Made by a program: the position numbers and the translations under genes. The notes beneath the pieces were generated by a model, which was not told the DNA's origin, searched no databases, and saw nothing but the letters and a program-made list of their open reading frames with translations. From a virus, in IMG/VR virus record IMGVR_UViG_3300033149_002817, positions 31,585-95,584 of that record: a stretch of DNA of 64,000 nucleotides, one strand, 5' to 3'. This document shows, one piece after another, positions 30,156-39,421 of this stretch (position 1 is its first letter; each line of letters begins with the position of its first letter).

Positions 30156-31198
30156 TGGAACCTCTCATGAAGCGGCTGCTGGAAGACGGCCCGGGGAGTC
30201 AGACGAGCTTCGGACTCTTCCGCGGCGACGTCATACGCAACGACGACCCGGAGAAGCGTGCTCGTGTGCAGGTGCGTATCGTCCAGGTTCACGGTGACGG
30301 GCTCGACCCGAGTCAGACGGTGGCGTCTGACCGCCTGCCGTGGGCGGAGCCATGCTTCCCGATGTCAGGGTTCGCCGACGGCGGGGTCTACTTCGTGCCT
30401 CCGGTGCCGTCGACGTTGTGGTGTGCCTTCGAGAACGGAGACCCGCATCGCCCGGTCTACCTCGGTGGGTGGTGGAAGAACGACGAACCTCCGGCAGAGG
30501 TGACGGACCCGGACGAGCAGCGCGTCATCAAGACTCCGGCCGGGCATGTCCTGCTCTTCGACGACGCGCCTGACGGGATCATCCGCCTCTCGCACGAGGA
30601 CGGGGACCGTGAGATCATCCTCGACGGGAACACCGGCACGACGACGATCAAGAACAAGTCGGGACAGACAATCGTCCTGAACGAAACAGCACAGTCCGTC
30701 ACCGTTACGAACGGAACACAGGTCATCACGCTTGACGGCGCGTCAGGTACGATCAACATTCAGAACGGCGCGACGCAATCCGCGACGATGAACGAGACGG
30801 CGCAGACGATCAACATCCAGAACGGACCGTTGCAGACCGTGCTCATGAACGCGCTGCTCTCGCAGGTCGTACTGACGAACGGTGTGCTTCAGGTGCTCAC
30901 GCTCGACGGGCTCCTGCAGACGACGCTGCTCATCAATGGTCTCGTGCAGGTGCTCACGAACGGTATCCTCGGCAAGGTGCAGATTAACACGCTGACGGTG
31001 GACGGGATCGAGCTTGGAACCGGGGCGGCGGCGGAGACATACGGAATCGTCGTTGGGGCGTTCAAGACGCTGTTCGATGGGCATACGCACGCGAAACCTG
31101 CGGGGTGTGCTGGTGGTGCGGCTACAGGTCCACCAGCTGCTGGAATGGTTGTAGGCACGGACATTTCGACCATCGTCAAGGCGAAGGCGATGCCGTAG
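30155..31198 (+). CDS. Central spike, gp5/gpV-like (OB fold, beta-helix, HxH tip)
   Basis: DPEKRARVQVR, LPWA, FENGDP..P.YLG, KTPAGH, HTH near C-terminus. Confidence 0.9.
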   Translation: MEPLMKRLLEDGPGSQTSFGLFRGDVIRNDDPEKRARVQVRIVQVHGDGLDPSQTVASDRLPWAEPCFPMSGFADGGVYFVPPVPSTLWCAFENGDPHRPVYLGGWWKNDEPPAEVTDPDEQRVIKTPAGHVLLFDDAPDGIIRLSHEDGDREIILDGNTGTTTIKNKSGQTIVLNETAQSVTVTNGTQVITLDGASGTINIQNGATQSATMNETAQTINIQNGPLQTVLMNALLSQVVLTNGVLQVLTLDGLLQTTLLINGLVQVLTNGILGKVQINTLTVDGIELGTGAAAETYGIVVGAFKTLFDGHTHAKPAGCAGGAATGPPAAGMVVGTDISTIVKAKAMP

Positions 31199-31207
31199 GG
31201 GGCAGAC

Positions 31208-31594
31208 ATGCCGTTCGTACGGGGTTCGCAGTCGCGCGGGTGCGCTTTCCCTATCATCAAGGGGCGGGAGGGCTACTGGCCGCGTCGGAACAGCGCGGCG
31301 CTCCGGCGGTCGAGCATCATGATGATCCTCGGCACGTACCCCGGCGAGCGGGTCGGAGAGCCCGAGTTTGGTTCGCGCCTGCCTGAGCTTCTGTTCGAGC
31401 AGAATGATGCCCGCGCGATGGAGCTGGCTCGGCGGTACACTGTAGAGGCTATACAGCGGTGGGATCCGCTCGTCGGCATCGTCGGGGTGGTTGCGGAGCG
31501 TAGAGATTACGCCTTGCGCATCTACATCGACTACATCGACCGGGCTGACGAGAACACGAACGTCCGCCGTGCGACGTTCACTGTGCGGAAGTAG
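31208..31594 (+). CDS. Baseplate protein gp25/GPW-like
   Basis: ILGTYPGERVGEPEFGSRL..LLFE; RWDP. Confidence 0.92.
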   Translation: MPFVRGSQSRGCAFPIIKGREGYWPRRNSAALRRSSIMMILGTYPGERVGEPEFGSRLPELLFEQNDARAMELARRYTVEAIQRWDPLVGIVGVVAERRDYALRIYIDYIDRADENTNVRRATFTVRK

Positions 31595-32294
31595 GGGCAG
31601 GGACATGCTTCCAGGTGCGACCTGTGACGGCCGCGTAGACCGTGCCGGTGGAGACACCGTAGCGCTCGGAGAGCTGCCGTACGGGTACACCGTCAGCATG
31701 GCAGGCGCGCATCTCTGCGACGAGGAAGTCGGTGAGCTTGGCGACGGCGGAGCGGGTGCCGGCGGGACCGCCCGGCATCGGGACCGGGCCGGGCAGATGC
31801 TTCCAGGTCTTGCCGACGATGGCACAGTGGATGGCATCCTTGGAGACGTCGTAGCGCTTGGCGAGTTCGGGGAGCTGAGCGCCGGAGCGGAAGGCGTCGC
31901 GGGCAGCGAGAACGTCGGTAGCGGTGAGCTTCGCGCTCCCGTTGTGGGAGCCGACGTTGCGATGTGGACTCATCCTCGCAGCATGCTCCGCGTTCTCTTT
32001 GCGCGTGCAGTATTCGAGATTGTCGAGATGGTTGTTGAACGGCCGTCCGTCCCGATGGTTCACTTCGCGCCCGTCCGGTCGTGGACCGACGAACGCCTCC
32101 ATCACGAGATGGTGGACGAGCGCCTTGCGCTTCTTTCCTTGGTAGCACAGTGTGACCCTTCGGTACCCGCTGATATCCTCCAGCTTCAGGAGATCACGTC
32201 GCGTGCCGTTGGCGCGCGCGTCGCGGCGTACGCGACCGTGATCGGAAATAGAGTAGGCACCTTCCCATCCAGGGACGTTCTTCCAATTCTCCAC
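31578..32294 (-). mobile_element. Free-standing NUMOD4-HNH homing endonuclease
   Basis: WKNVPGWEGAYSISDHGRVR; VHHLV..AF..VNH.DG...NNHLDNLEY..R.EN; two AKLT/HTH repeats. Confidence 0.9.
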
Positions 32295-32320
32295 GAGTAC
32301 CTCCGTTTCTGGTATACTCC

Positions 32321-32349
32321 ATTCTGCGTGAAGGTGTAGCTCATGTCAA
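32321..32349 (-). promoter_or_regulatory. Sigma70-type promoter for the minus-strand HNH gene
   Basis: TTGACA (32349-44), 17 nt, CAGAAT (32326-21); GGAGG SD before GTG. Confidence 0.55.
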
Positions 32350-35300
32350 GCACGCTGCCGCCAATAGATTACACAGCCAGAAGTTACGCTGAGATCAAGG
32401 CAGCCCTCGAACGCCATGTTCAACTCTACTTTCCCGGATCATGGTCCGACTTCCTCAACTCGAACCTCGGCGAGGCGATACTACAGCTGACGGCTTACGT
32501 AGGGGATCAGCTCGGCTTCTACCTCGACCGGCAGGCGAACGAATGCTACCTCTCGACCGCGGTGCAGCGCGCGAACATCGTGCGGCTCGCGGAGCAGCTT
32601 GGGTACACGCCCAGCACGGCGTCACCAGCTCTCGTACCGGCACGCTGCACGCTGGAGCTGGCACAGATTGACCCGGTCGTCATCGCGGCCTACAGCGTTC
32701 TCAGCGACAAGAACGGGACCGAGTACGAGTTTCTGGAGAACGTGAGCGTCGCGGCCGGCGTCACGAACACCGTCGATCAGCCCGTCACCGGCGAGGTGCT
32801 CACGACGGCGAACGGGAGCGACCGCGTCTTCTCTCTCAAGACGACGAACGACAACCTGACGCTTGGTAGCGTTACGGTCTACTTCACCATCGCGGCGCAG
32901 AACTACGTCATCAATGTTGGCTCCGACGGGAGCATCACGCTTCCCTTCGGCGGCTCTGGCACGCTCGACTACGACACTGGTGAGTTCGACCTCGTCTTCG
33001 CTGTCGGCGGAGAGCCAGACATCGCGACGACGATCACGGTGGACTACCAGTGGTCGCAGCGCATCACCGCGTACGAGGGGCGGACGTACGTCAACGTCGT
33101 CAGCTCGGACGGTACTCCGTCGCAGCGCTTCCAGTTGCCGCGTTCACCGGTGCTGCTCGACCCGCTCGTGCGAGACGAAGATGTCGATCCGAACCCGCTT
33201 CGGTTGGAGGTCTGGGAAGGCGACCCGGCGGCGCCCTTTGGAACCGCTGCCGGCACGCAGTGGACCCGCGTCGATTCGCTCGTGACGGCCGCAGTAACGG
33301 ACGAGGTCTTCCAGGTCATTCTCAATGAGAACGACGAAGTCACCATCCTGTTCGGGGACGGCGCCAACGGGAAGATCCCACCTTCCGGCACCGACAACCT
33401 CAGCGTCATCTACCGCGTCGGCGGCGGCCTGAAGGGCAACATCGCCATCGGCTTCATCGACACGACGCTGACCGGCACTGCGGGCCTCGCGACCGTCACC
33501 GTCAAGGTCTACAACTACCAGACCGGCACGGGCGGCGCAGAGCGGGAGACGGCGGACGAGATCCGCATCAACGCGCCGCGCTGGCTCAAGACGAACGACA
33601 CGGTGACGACGGAAGAGGACTACGACACTCTCAGCGCGGGGTACGTCCTCCCGGGCGGCGGGACCATCGCACGCGCGAAGTCGCGGTTGACACCCGCGAG
33701 GTCGTTCGCCGCGCTGACCATTCACACGGGCGTCCTGCTCGGGACGTTCGGGGCGGCGCCTGCGCTGGCGACGTTCTTCCGCCTCCCCGCCTCCCCGCTC
33801 GATGCCAGCAGCATCCGCGTCTACTACCGCGTCGCGAGCGTCTCACAGGTGGCGACGGCAATCGACCTCGGGTTGGGTTCCGCGCAGCTCAGCGGTGTGA
33901 GCCTCGACATCGCGAATCGGCTCCGCATCGATCAGATCAACTTCAGCGGCATCTCCCCGGCGGGGTTCAGCGGCGACGGCACGACCATCATCTTCCTGAC
34001 GGCGACACCGCTCGACGCACCGATCTTCCCGGGCTCGCTCATCCTGTCCTACACCATCGGCGGCACGGACTACGTCGCCTACGACGACGGTGCGGGGGAG
34101 CTGATCGGGGCCAACATCTACGGTCCGTCGGCGCTGGGGAACGGCACCGTCGACTATGTCACCGGGGTGGTGTCGCTTCGCTTCGGCTCGCAGGCGACGA
34201 AGCTCAGCGGCAACGCGGAGACATACGATTTCAACGCGATCAACGGCGGCGCCAACGTCTTCCTGAGCGTGGATGTAGACGGCGCAGGCGCGGCGACCAT
34301 CACCTTCACGTCAGGCGCCTTCGTGAGCTTTGCGGCAGCGACGGCGGCGGAGGTGCGGACCGTCATCAACGGCATCATCGCGGGACTCGCGTCGGTCGAG
34401 TCGGGCAAGGTACGGCTGACCTCTCCGACCTACGGTGTGACGTCGAGCTTGGAGGTCGGGGCACCGGCGAACGATGCGAACGACGTGCTCGCTTTCGCGC
34501 TGCCGGTCGTGAACGGTGCGGACTACCCACCGGACAGCTCTACGCTGCTGGCCTTCTCGTATGAAGCGGCGCTCTACTTCCTCTTCACCGCGCTGCCTGA
34601 CGCGCTCTCTGACGTCACGATGGACGCACAGAGCGGGCCGACGGTCGAGCAGCTTCCGACGAACAACATCGAGGTCTACACGTGGAGCTTCGACTCCGTG
34701 GGGCTGCTCGTTCCGCCGTCGGACGCGCTGAAGGACTCGCTGAAGACGTACCTCGACCTCCGCCGTGTGCTTGGTACGTCAATTGAGGTGCTGTCGGGGT
34801 TCAACGTCTCTATAACGCTTTACCTGACCGTTACTTATGATGTGAAGGTGCCTGTTGCGGAGACGAACGCTCTCATCATTTCGACGCTGGAGGCGTTCTT
34901 TCTCTCGCAGGTGAATGTCGAGGCAGGCTCTGACGTTCCGCTCGCGAGCGTCTACGCGGCGCTCTACCCGCTTTTCGGCGTGGAGACGCTTGTCATTCAG
35001 GACGTTGCGCTCGACGTGCCTGTAGCGACCGGGGACGGCGCGACGGTGCTCTTCCGCGACGACGGCGAAGCGCCCGGTCAGCATGTGTCTTCCGGCAAGC
35101 TGCCGATGGTTGGAGGTGCGGACGAGATCAAGGCTTACCGCGGCTTGACGGAGGTCGGGACGAGCGACGCAGGCACGCCGGTCGCGAACCTTGCTTCGGG
35201 TGGTGGGCATCTCACGAGCAGCTGGGTGAACCTGCAGACGGGTGATTTCGAGCTGCGCTTCACGGTTCCGCCCGCGCGCGATGAAGTCGCGTCGCTACGA

Positions 35301-35417
35301 TTCAAGCTTGACGAGGTCTCATCCTCGTCCGGTGTCGCGCTGTGGAACATCGCGATTGAGGAATGGGAGATCGCGGCGCTCGGGTCCGTGTACGTCAACG
35401 GTACGCTCATCAGCTGA
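32343..35417 (+). CDS. Baseplate wedge protein, T4 gp6/baseplate J-like, with inserted domains
   Basis: IDYTARSY, WSDF, YLDRQANE, LGY, FGDG.NGKIP, YRVGGG..GN, GGAERET, VTTEEDY. Confidence 0.92.
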   Translation: MSSTLPPIDYTARSYAEIKAALERHVQLYFPGSWSDFLNSNLGEAILQLTAYVGDQLGFYLDRQANECYLSTAVQRANIVRLAEQLGYTPSTASPALVPARCTLELAQIDPVVIAAYSVLSDKNGTEYEFLENVSVAAGVTNTVDQPVTGEVLTTANGSDRVFSLKTTNDNLTLGSVTVYFTIAAQNYVINVGSDGSITLPFGGSGTLDYDTGEFDLVFAVGGEPDIATTITVDYQWSQRITAYEGRTYVNVVSSDGTPSQRFQLPRSPVLLDPLVRDEDVDPNPLRLEVWEGDPAAPFGTAAGTQWTRVDSLVTAAVTDEVFQVILNENDEVTILFGDGANGKIPPSGTDNLSVIYRVGGGLKGNIAIGFIDTTLTGTAGLATVTVKVYNYQTGTGGAERETADEIRINAPRWLKTNDTVTTEEDYDTLSAGYVLPGGGTIARAKSRLTPARSFAALTIHTGVLLGTFGAAPALATFFRLPASPLDASSIRVYYRVASVSQVATAIDLGLGSAQLSGVSLDIANRLRIDQINFSGISPAGFSGDGTTIIFLTATPLDAPIFPGSLILSYTIGGTDYVAYDDGAGELIGANIYGPSALGNGTVDYVTGVVSLRFGSQATKLSGNAETYDFNAINGGANVFLSVDVDGAGAATITFTSGAFVSFAAATAAEVRTVINGIIAGLASVESGKVRLTSPTYGVTSSLEVGAPANDANDVLAFALPVVNGADYPPDSSTLLAFSYEAALYFLFTALPDALSDVTMDAQSGPTVEQLPTNNIEVYTWSFDSVGLLVPPSDALKDSLKTYLDLRRVLGTSIEVLSGFNVSITLYLTVTYDVKVPVAETNALIISTLEAFFLSQVNVEAGSDVPLASVYAALYPLFGVETLVIQDVALDVPVATGDGATVLFRDDGEAPGQHVSSGKLPMVGGADEIKAYRGLTEVGTSDAGTPVANLASGGGHLTSSWVNLQTGDFELRFTVPPARDEVASLRFKLDEVSSSSGVALWNIAIEEWEIAALGSVYVNGTLIS

Positions 35418-35425
35418 GGTATGAC

Positions 35426-36373
35426 ATGCAGTCCGTACCAGGTAGCTCAAGCCCCTCGGGAAAGCTTCCCTACGATATCCCCGAGGGCTCGACGCCGTCG
35501 GGAGCTGCGAACCTCGCGAAGGTTCGGGCGAGGGACGACGGCACAGGCGCGACCGAGCTGGTGACTGTCTTTCAGAACTCTGAGCAGGTTCTCGCGCGTG
35601 ACGGTGGTGGTACCTTCCTGCACGAGAAGAGCTTCAGTCTTGCGCCGCCGTCAGGCACGGGATCGTACTACATCGCGGGGTTCTACGAGGCGCCTGCTAC
35701 CGATGCGAACCTGAACCAAGGTTCGACGACACAAGCATATGGCTCGGCGAATCACTTCTACGCTGCTCATGCTTTTCTCGTCGCTGGTGGTGCTGGTACG
35801 GCGACAGGTGGCGCGGGGGCCGTCACTGTCACCGTCACCGGAACGTCGTTCACCGACGCGGGTGTGCGTATTCCTGGTGACTCGGAGACCATCGTCGCCG
35901 ACATCACCGGTGCGGCGCTGAACCAGTATTTCGAGACGGCGAAGAAGTGGCTCGGCTTAGTTACCTTCACTCTCGACGTTGGTGCGACAGGTCATACAGC
36001 CTACGCCTTCGATTTCAACTATGGTTGGTGCAAGTACGACGACCGTATCAACACGAACTTCATCCTTCAGTCCATCGAGTGCGTAGGTCTCGCAGGCGCG
36101 AACGACAGCGGCTTCAACATCGAGCTGCTGCATCACAAGGCGGCAGGCTGGTTGTACTCCGCTGCGGCTTTCGCTCCCGGAGTCGTCATCTACGACATGA
36201 ACACCGACCATGTGACGGAAAAGAACCTCGTCAGTGGCGAGTATTTCGCATGGAAGAGAGGGAACCTGGCGACAGCTATAGCAGGCTCTGCCAGCGAAGG
36301 CTTCATCGTGCGGATAACCATCGGCGCGAACAACTCCGTGAACTATATGGACGTCCACATAGGTACCGAGTAG
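35426..36373 (+). CDS. Baseplate/fibre-associated structural protein
   Basis: GAGG SD; G/T/A-rich beta protein in baseplate operon. Confidence 0.65.
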   Translation: MQSVPGSSSPSGKLPYDIPEGSTPSGAANLAKVRARDDGTGATELVTVFQNSEQVLARDGGGTFLHEKSFSLAPPSGTGSYYIAGFYEAPATDANLNQGSTTQAYGSANHFYAAHAFLVAGGAGTATGGAGAVTVTVTGTSFTDAGVRIPGDSETIVADITGAALNQYFETAKKWLGLVTFTLDVGATGHTAYAFDFNYGWCKYDDRINTNFILQSIECVGLAGANDSGFNIELLHHKAAGWLYSAAAFAPGVVIYDMNTDHVTEKNLVSGEYFAWKRGNLATAIAGSASEGFIVRITIGANNSVNYMDVHIGTE

Positions 36374-36384
36374 GAGCGTAGACA

Positions 36385-39300
36385 ATGGCCGAGTCGAGAG
36401 GTATGGCGATCGTCCGCTCGGGCGATACATCCATCCTGTTTCGCGCTGCGCTCTACGATGTCGCGGATGCGAAGATCGTTGCAGGTACGACGAGCCTGCG
36501 GTTGTGGCACGTCGTGCCGACGACTGGCGCCGTCGAGACCTACGATTTCAACGATGACACTTTCAAAGCCGGCGCGGTGACGACTGCGACCTCGGCGATG
36601 GTGCATCGTCAGGCGGAGAACAGCACGTACGACACCGGCGTGTGGACGCTTCGCCATGCGACGCTGACCGCGTTCACGACGGGAGACAAGTACGTCGCTG
36701 AGGTCTCGCACGCGAGTCTCACCCGCGAGATTCACATCGAGTTCCAGTACGGCGCGACCGAAGGCGATGTGCAGTTCGACGTGTGGGAGGAGATTCTCAC
36801 CGCTGGTACGCACGACGTCGCGACTTCGGCCGGTCGTCGCCTCCGCGAGATCGGCACCTCGGTCATCCGTGAGAACACGGCGCAGGGGCCGGGCACAGGC
36901 AACAACCAAATCCAGCTCGACGCTGGCGCGTCGGCGGTGAACGGACAGTACGATCCTTCTCTCGTCGTGCTCACGGGCGGCACAGGCGCCGGACAGAGCC
37001 GGATGGTGCTGGAGTACGCCGGAGCGACGAAGACGGCGACCGTGGATCGCAACTGGCGGACGAATCCCGACGCGACGACGGTCTTCCAAGTTCTCGCTTT
37101 CCCCGGTCGTGAGCACGTCAACGAGGGACTCTTCACGGCAGCTACTGCGATCACGGCGCAGCTCAACACGGCAGCCTCGGCGCTGGATAACGCCTACCTC
37201 GGACAGACGCTCTTCATCCGCTCGGGGACAGGTGAGGATCAGGCTCGCGTCGTCGTCGCTTACGAAGGAGCGACTCGCACCTGCATCATAAACCGGCCTT
37301 GGGGCGTCACGCCCGACACGACGTCGGCCTATGTCATGCTTCCGCAGAGCACACCGGCGGAAGTACCGCACAACCCGACGGGCTCCAGCCTTGTCACCGG
37401 GTCGACCATCTCCGGTACCGTCACGAACATCGGGCTCAACGATGCTTCGTATTGGGTCATGGCACCTGTTGGTGTTGCGGTTGGTGGGTTCGGTCTGAAC
37501 CTTGAGCTGACCTTCTTGCTCACGCAGTACAACGCGGCCTCTGCGGTCGTCGTCGATGCGAAGTGGACAGGCTCGGGGCCTGTCGACATGTGGATATGGA
37601 ACTACGCCACATCCGCGTGGGATCGCCACAGCCATGTCGGCAAAGAGATCGATGGTGCGGCCGATCAGACCTTCACGTACGCCGTCCTGAGCGAGTACCA
37701 GCAGGACACCGACGGTGAGGTGAAGCTGCGGTTCACCTCACCGAGCACGACTGTCGGCGATCGGTTCAGCCTCGACCAGTCTGTCGTGCAGTCGGTGCCG
37801 GTAGGTAAGCTGACGGCTGCTGACACATCGGACTCGGCCTTCCGTCGCTTCGTGCCTCTTGCGTACGACGGTGCCGTCCATATCGACACGGTTAGCGGTG
37901 TTGCTGGCCGGGATCTTGGTTTTCATGGTACGACGACGAACCCGGTTGACAACGTCTCTGACGCACGAGCGTTAGCTGATCTGCTCGGAGTCAGGGCTTA
38001 CCACCTCGAACCTGGCACGTCGATCACACTCGTGAGTGAGCACAAGAACTGGGAGTTCATGGGGCCTAACGCAACGGTGGACCTCGGCAGTCAGGATGTC
38101 GACCGGGCGTTCTTCCAGTATTGCCGGGTCACCGGCACGTGTACGATCTCTGCTCCATTTGCCTTCCCGACTTGCTACGACTGCAATCTGAACTCGCTCA
38201 TCACCCCGCTTATCGTTGCAATCCGGTGCTCGTGTCGTGACGTGACGATGTCGACAGCGTCGCAGTTCCACACATTCGCCGACTGCAACGGTGGTGAGAC
38301 GGGTGCGGCCGTCCATGACCATACCTTTGCGGCAACTTGTGAGGCGCAGTTCCTCCGTTGGTCGGGGCAGCTCTCCCTCAAGTCGATGGCGGCCGGATGC
38401 ATCGCACACGTCGAGGGTACGTCGGTCGAGCTGACCATTGACGCGACCTGCTCGGGCGGTGTCGTCAACATCGCCGGCAACGTCCACCTCACGGACAACT
38501 CCGGCGGCGCGGTGACGATCAACCAGGAGGCGCGGGTCACAGAGCTGTCGCTTGCGGCGGGTGTGTGGGATGAGAACATCGTCACCTCGCACGGCACGCT
38601 GCAGTCGGCCGGCTACCTGGTCCGTCAGCTCGCCGCCGGTATCGCCGCCCGCACGAACAACAGCAACCTCAACGCGCTGCTCGCGGTCGCCGACGTTCCG
38701 GGGCACACGCTCCCGAGCACAGACGCCGACGCGGTGTGGGATGAGAACATCGTCACCGCACACGGCACCGGGTCGACTGCGGGCCTCCTCCTGCGTGCTC
38801 TCGGCGCGAACATCTCTGCGCGCGCCAACTTCCCGACGCTGAACGACCTGCTCGCGGTGCCGGACGTCGTGAACAACACCATTGCGCACAGCATCTGGGA
38901 TCGTGCGCTTACCGCGGTGCTGCACAACGTCGTGGACTCGGCAGGACAGCGGCTTCGCGCGATCGACGACCTCTTGCAGGGTGGTGGCTCCGGTGACGCG
39001 GCGGCCATTCTCTTGGAGGTGTCGAAGCTCGACGCGGCGACGCTCACGTCTCCGCCGATCGCCGGCAGCGTCGCAGCGAAGCTTGACGCGATCATCGCGG
39101 GCATCAGCGGTGGCGTGGAGTTCGTCGTCATCGTCTCGATTCGTGGCACGGAGCTGCACATCGAGGTCGGGCTTGAGGAGCTTGGCATCGTCCTGACGAC
39201 GCCGACGACGTGTCAGGTCGAGTTCTTCGCTGAAGGGGGCGGGCTTGTTCACACCCTTTCGGCCGGCGACTTCGGGGCGATCGGCACGCGCGGCTTCTTC

Positions 39301-39414
39301 CAGTACGACTGGGATCCGCATCTCTTGACGGTCGGCAACGCGTACCAGCTGAAGATCAACATCGACGCCGGTACGTACATTTCGACGAAGCTCATCAAGC
39401 TCATCAGCGTGTAG
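36385..39414 (+). CDS. Large fibre-like virion protein with internal repeats
   Basis: Two GTG.[GD]Q.R....Y.GAT....W...PD.T repeats; four (V/I)W(D/E)...H...(S/T)AG..L repeats; Cys-rich beta-helix-like middle. Confidence 0.7.
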   Translation: MAESRGMAIVRSGDTSILFRAALYDVADAKIVAGTTSLRLWHVVPTTGAVETYDFNDDTFKAGAVTTATSAMVHRQAENSTYDTGVWTLRHATLTAFTTGDKYVAEVSHASLTREIHIEFQYGATEGDVQFDVWEEILTAGTHDVATSAGRRLREIGTSVIRENTAQGPGTGNNQIQLDAGASAVNGQYDPSLVVLTGGTGAGQSRMVLEYAGATKTATVDRNWRTNPDATTVFQVLAFPGREHVNEGLFTAATAITAQLNTAASALDNAYLGQTLFIRSGTGEDQARVVVAYEGATRTCIINRPWGVTPDTTSAYVMLPQSTPAEVPHNPTGSSLVTGSTISGTVTNIGLNDASYWVMAPVGVAVGGFGLNLELTFLLTQYNAASAVVVDAKWTGSGPVDMWIWNYATSAWDRHSHVGKEIDGAADQTFTYAVLSEYQQDTDGEVKLRFTSPSTTVGDRFSLDQSVVQSVPVGKLTAADTSDSAFRRFVPLAYDGAVHIDTVSGVAGRDLGFHGTTTNPVDNVSDARALADLLGVRAYHLEPGTSITLVSEHKNWEFMGPNATVDLGSQDVDRAFFQYCRVTGTCTISAPFAFPTCYDCNLNSLITPLIVAIRCSCRDVTMSTASQFHTFADCNGGETGAAVHDHTFAATCEAQFLRWSGQLSLKSMAAGCIAHVEGTSVELTIDATCSGGVVNIAGNVHLTDNSGGAVTINQEARVTELSLAAGVWDENIVTSHGTLQSAGYLVRQLAAGIAARTNNSNLNALLAVADVPGHTLPSTDADAVWDENIVTAHGTGSTAGLLLRALGANISARANFPTLNDLLAVPDVVNNTIAHSIWDRALTAVLHNVVDSAGQRLRAIDDLLQGGGSGDAAAILLEVSKLDAATLTSPPIAGSVAAKLDAIIAGISGGVEFVVIVSIRGTELHIEVGLEELGIVLTTPTTCQVEFFAEGGGLVHTLSAGDFGAIGTRGFFQYDWDPHLLTVGNAYQLKINIDAGTYISTKLIKLISV

Positions 39415-39421
39415 GCACCGC

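Noticed and set aside
31491-32339. 282-aa plus-strand ORF
   Set aside because: Antisense shadow of the motif-rich NUMOD4-HNH gene
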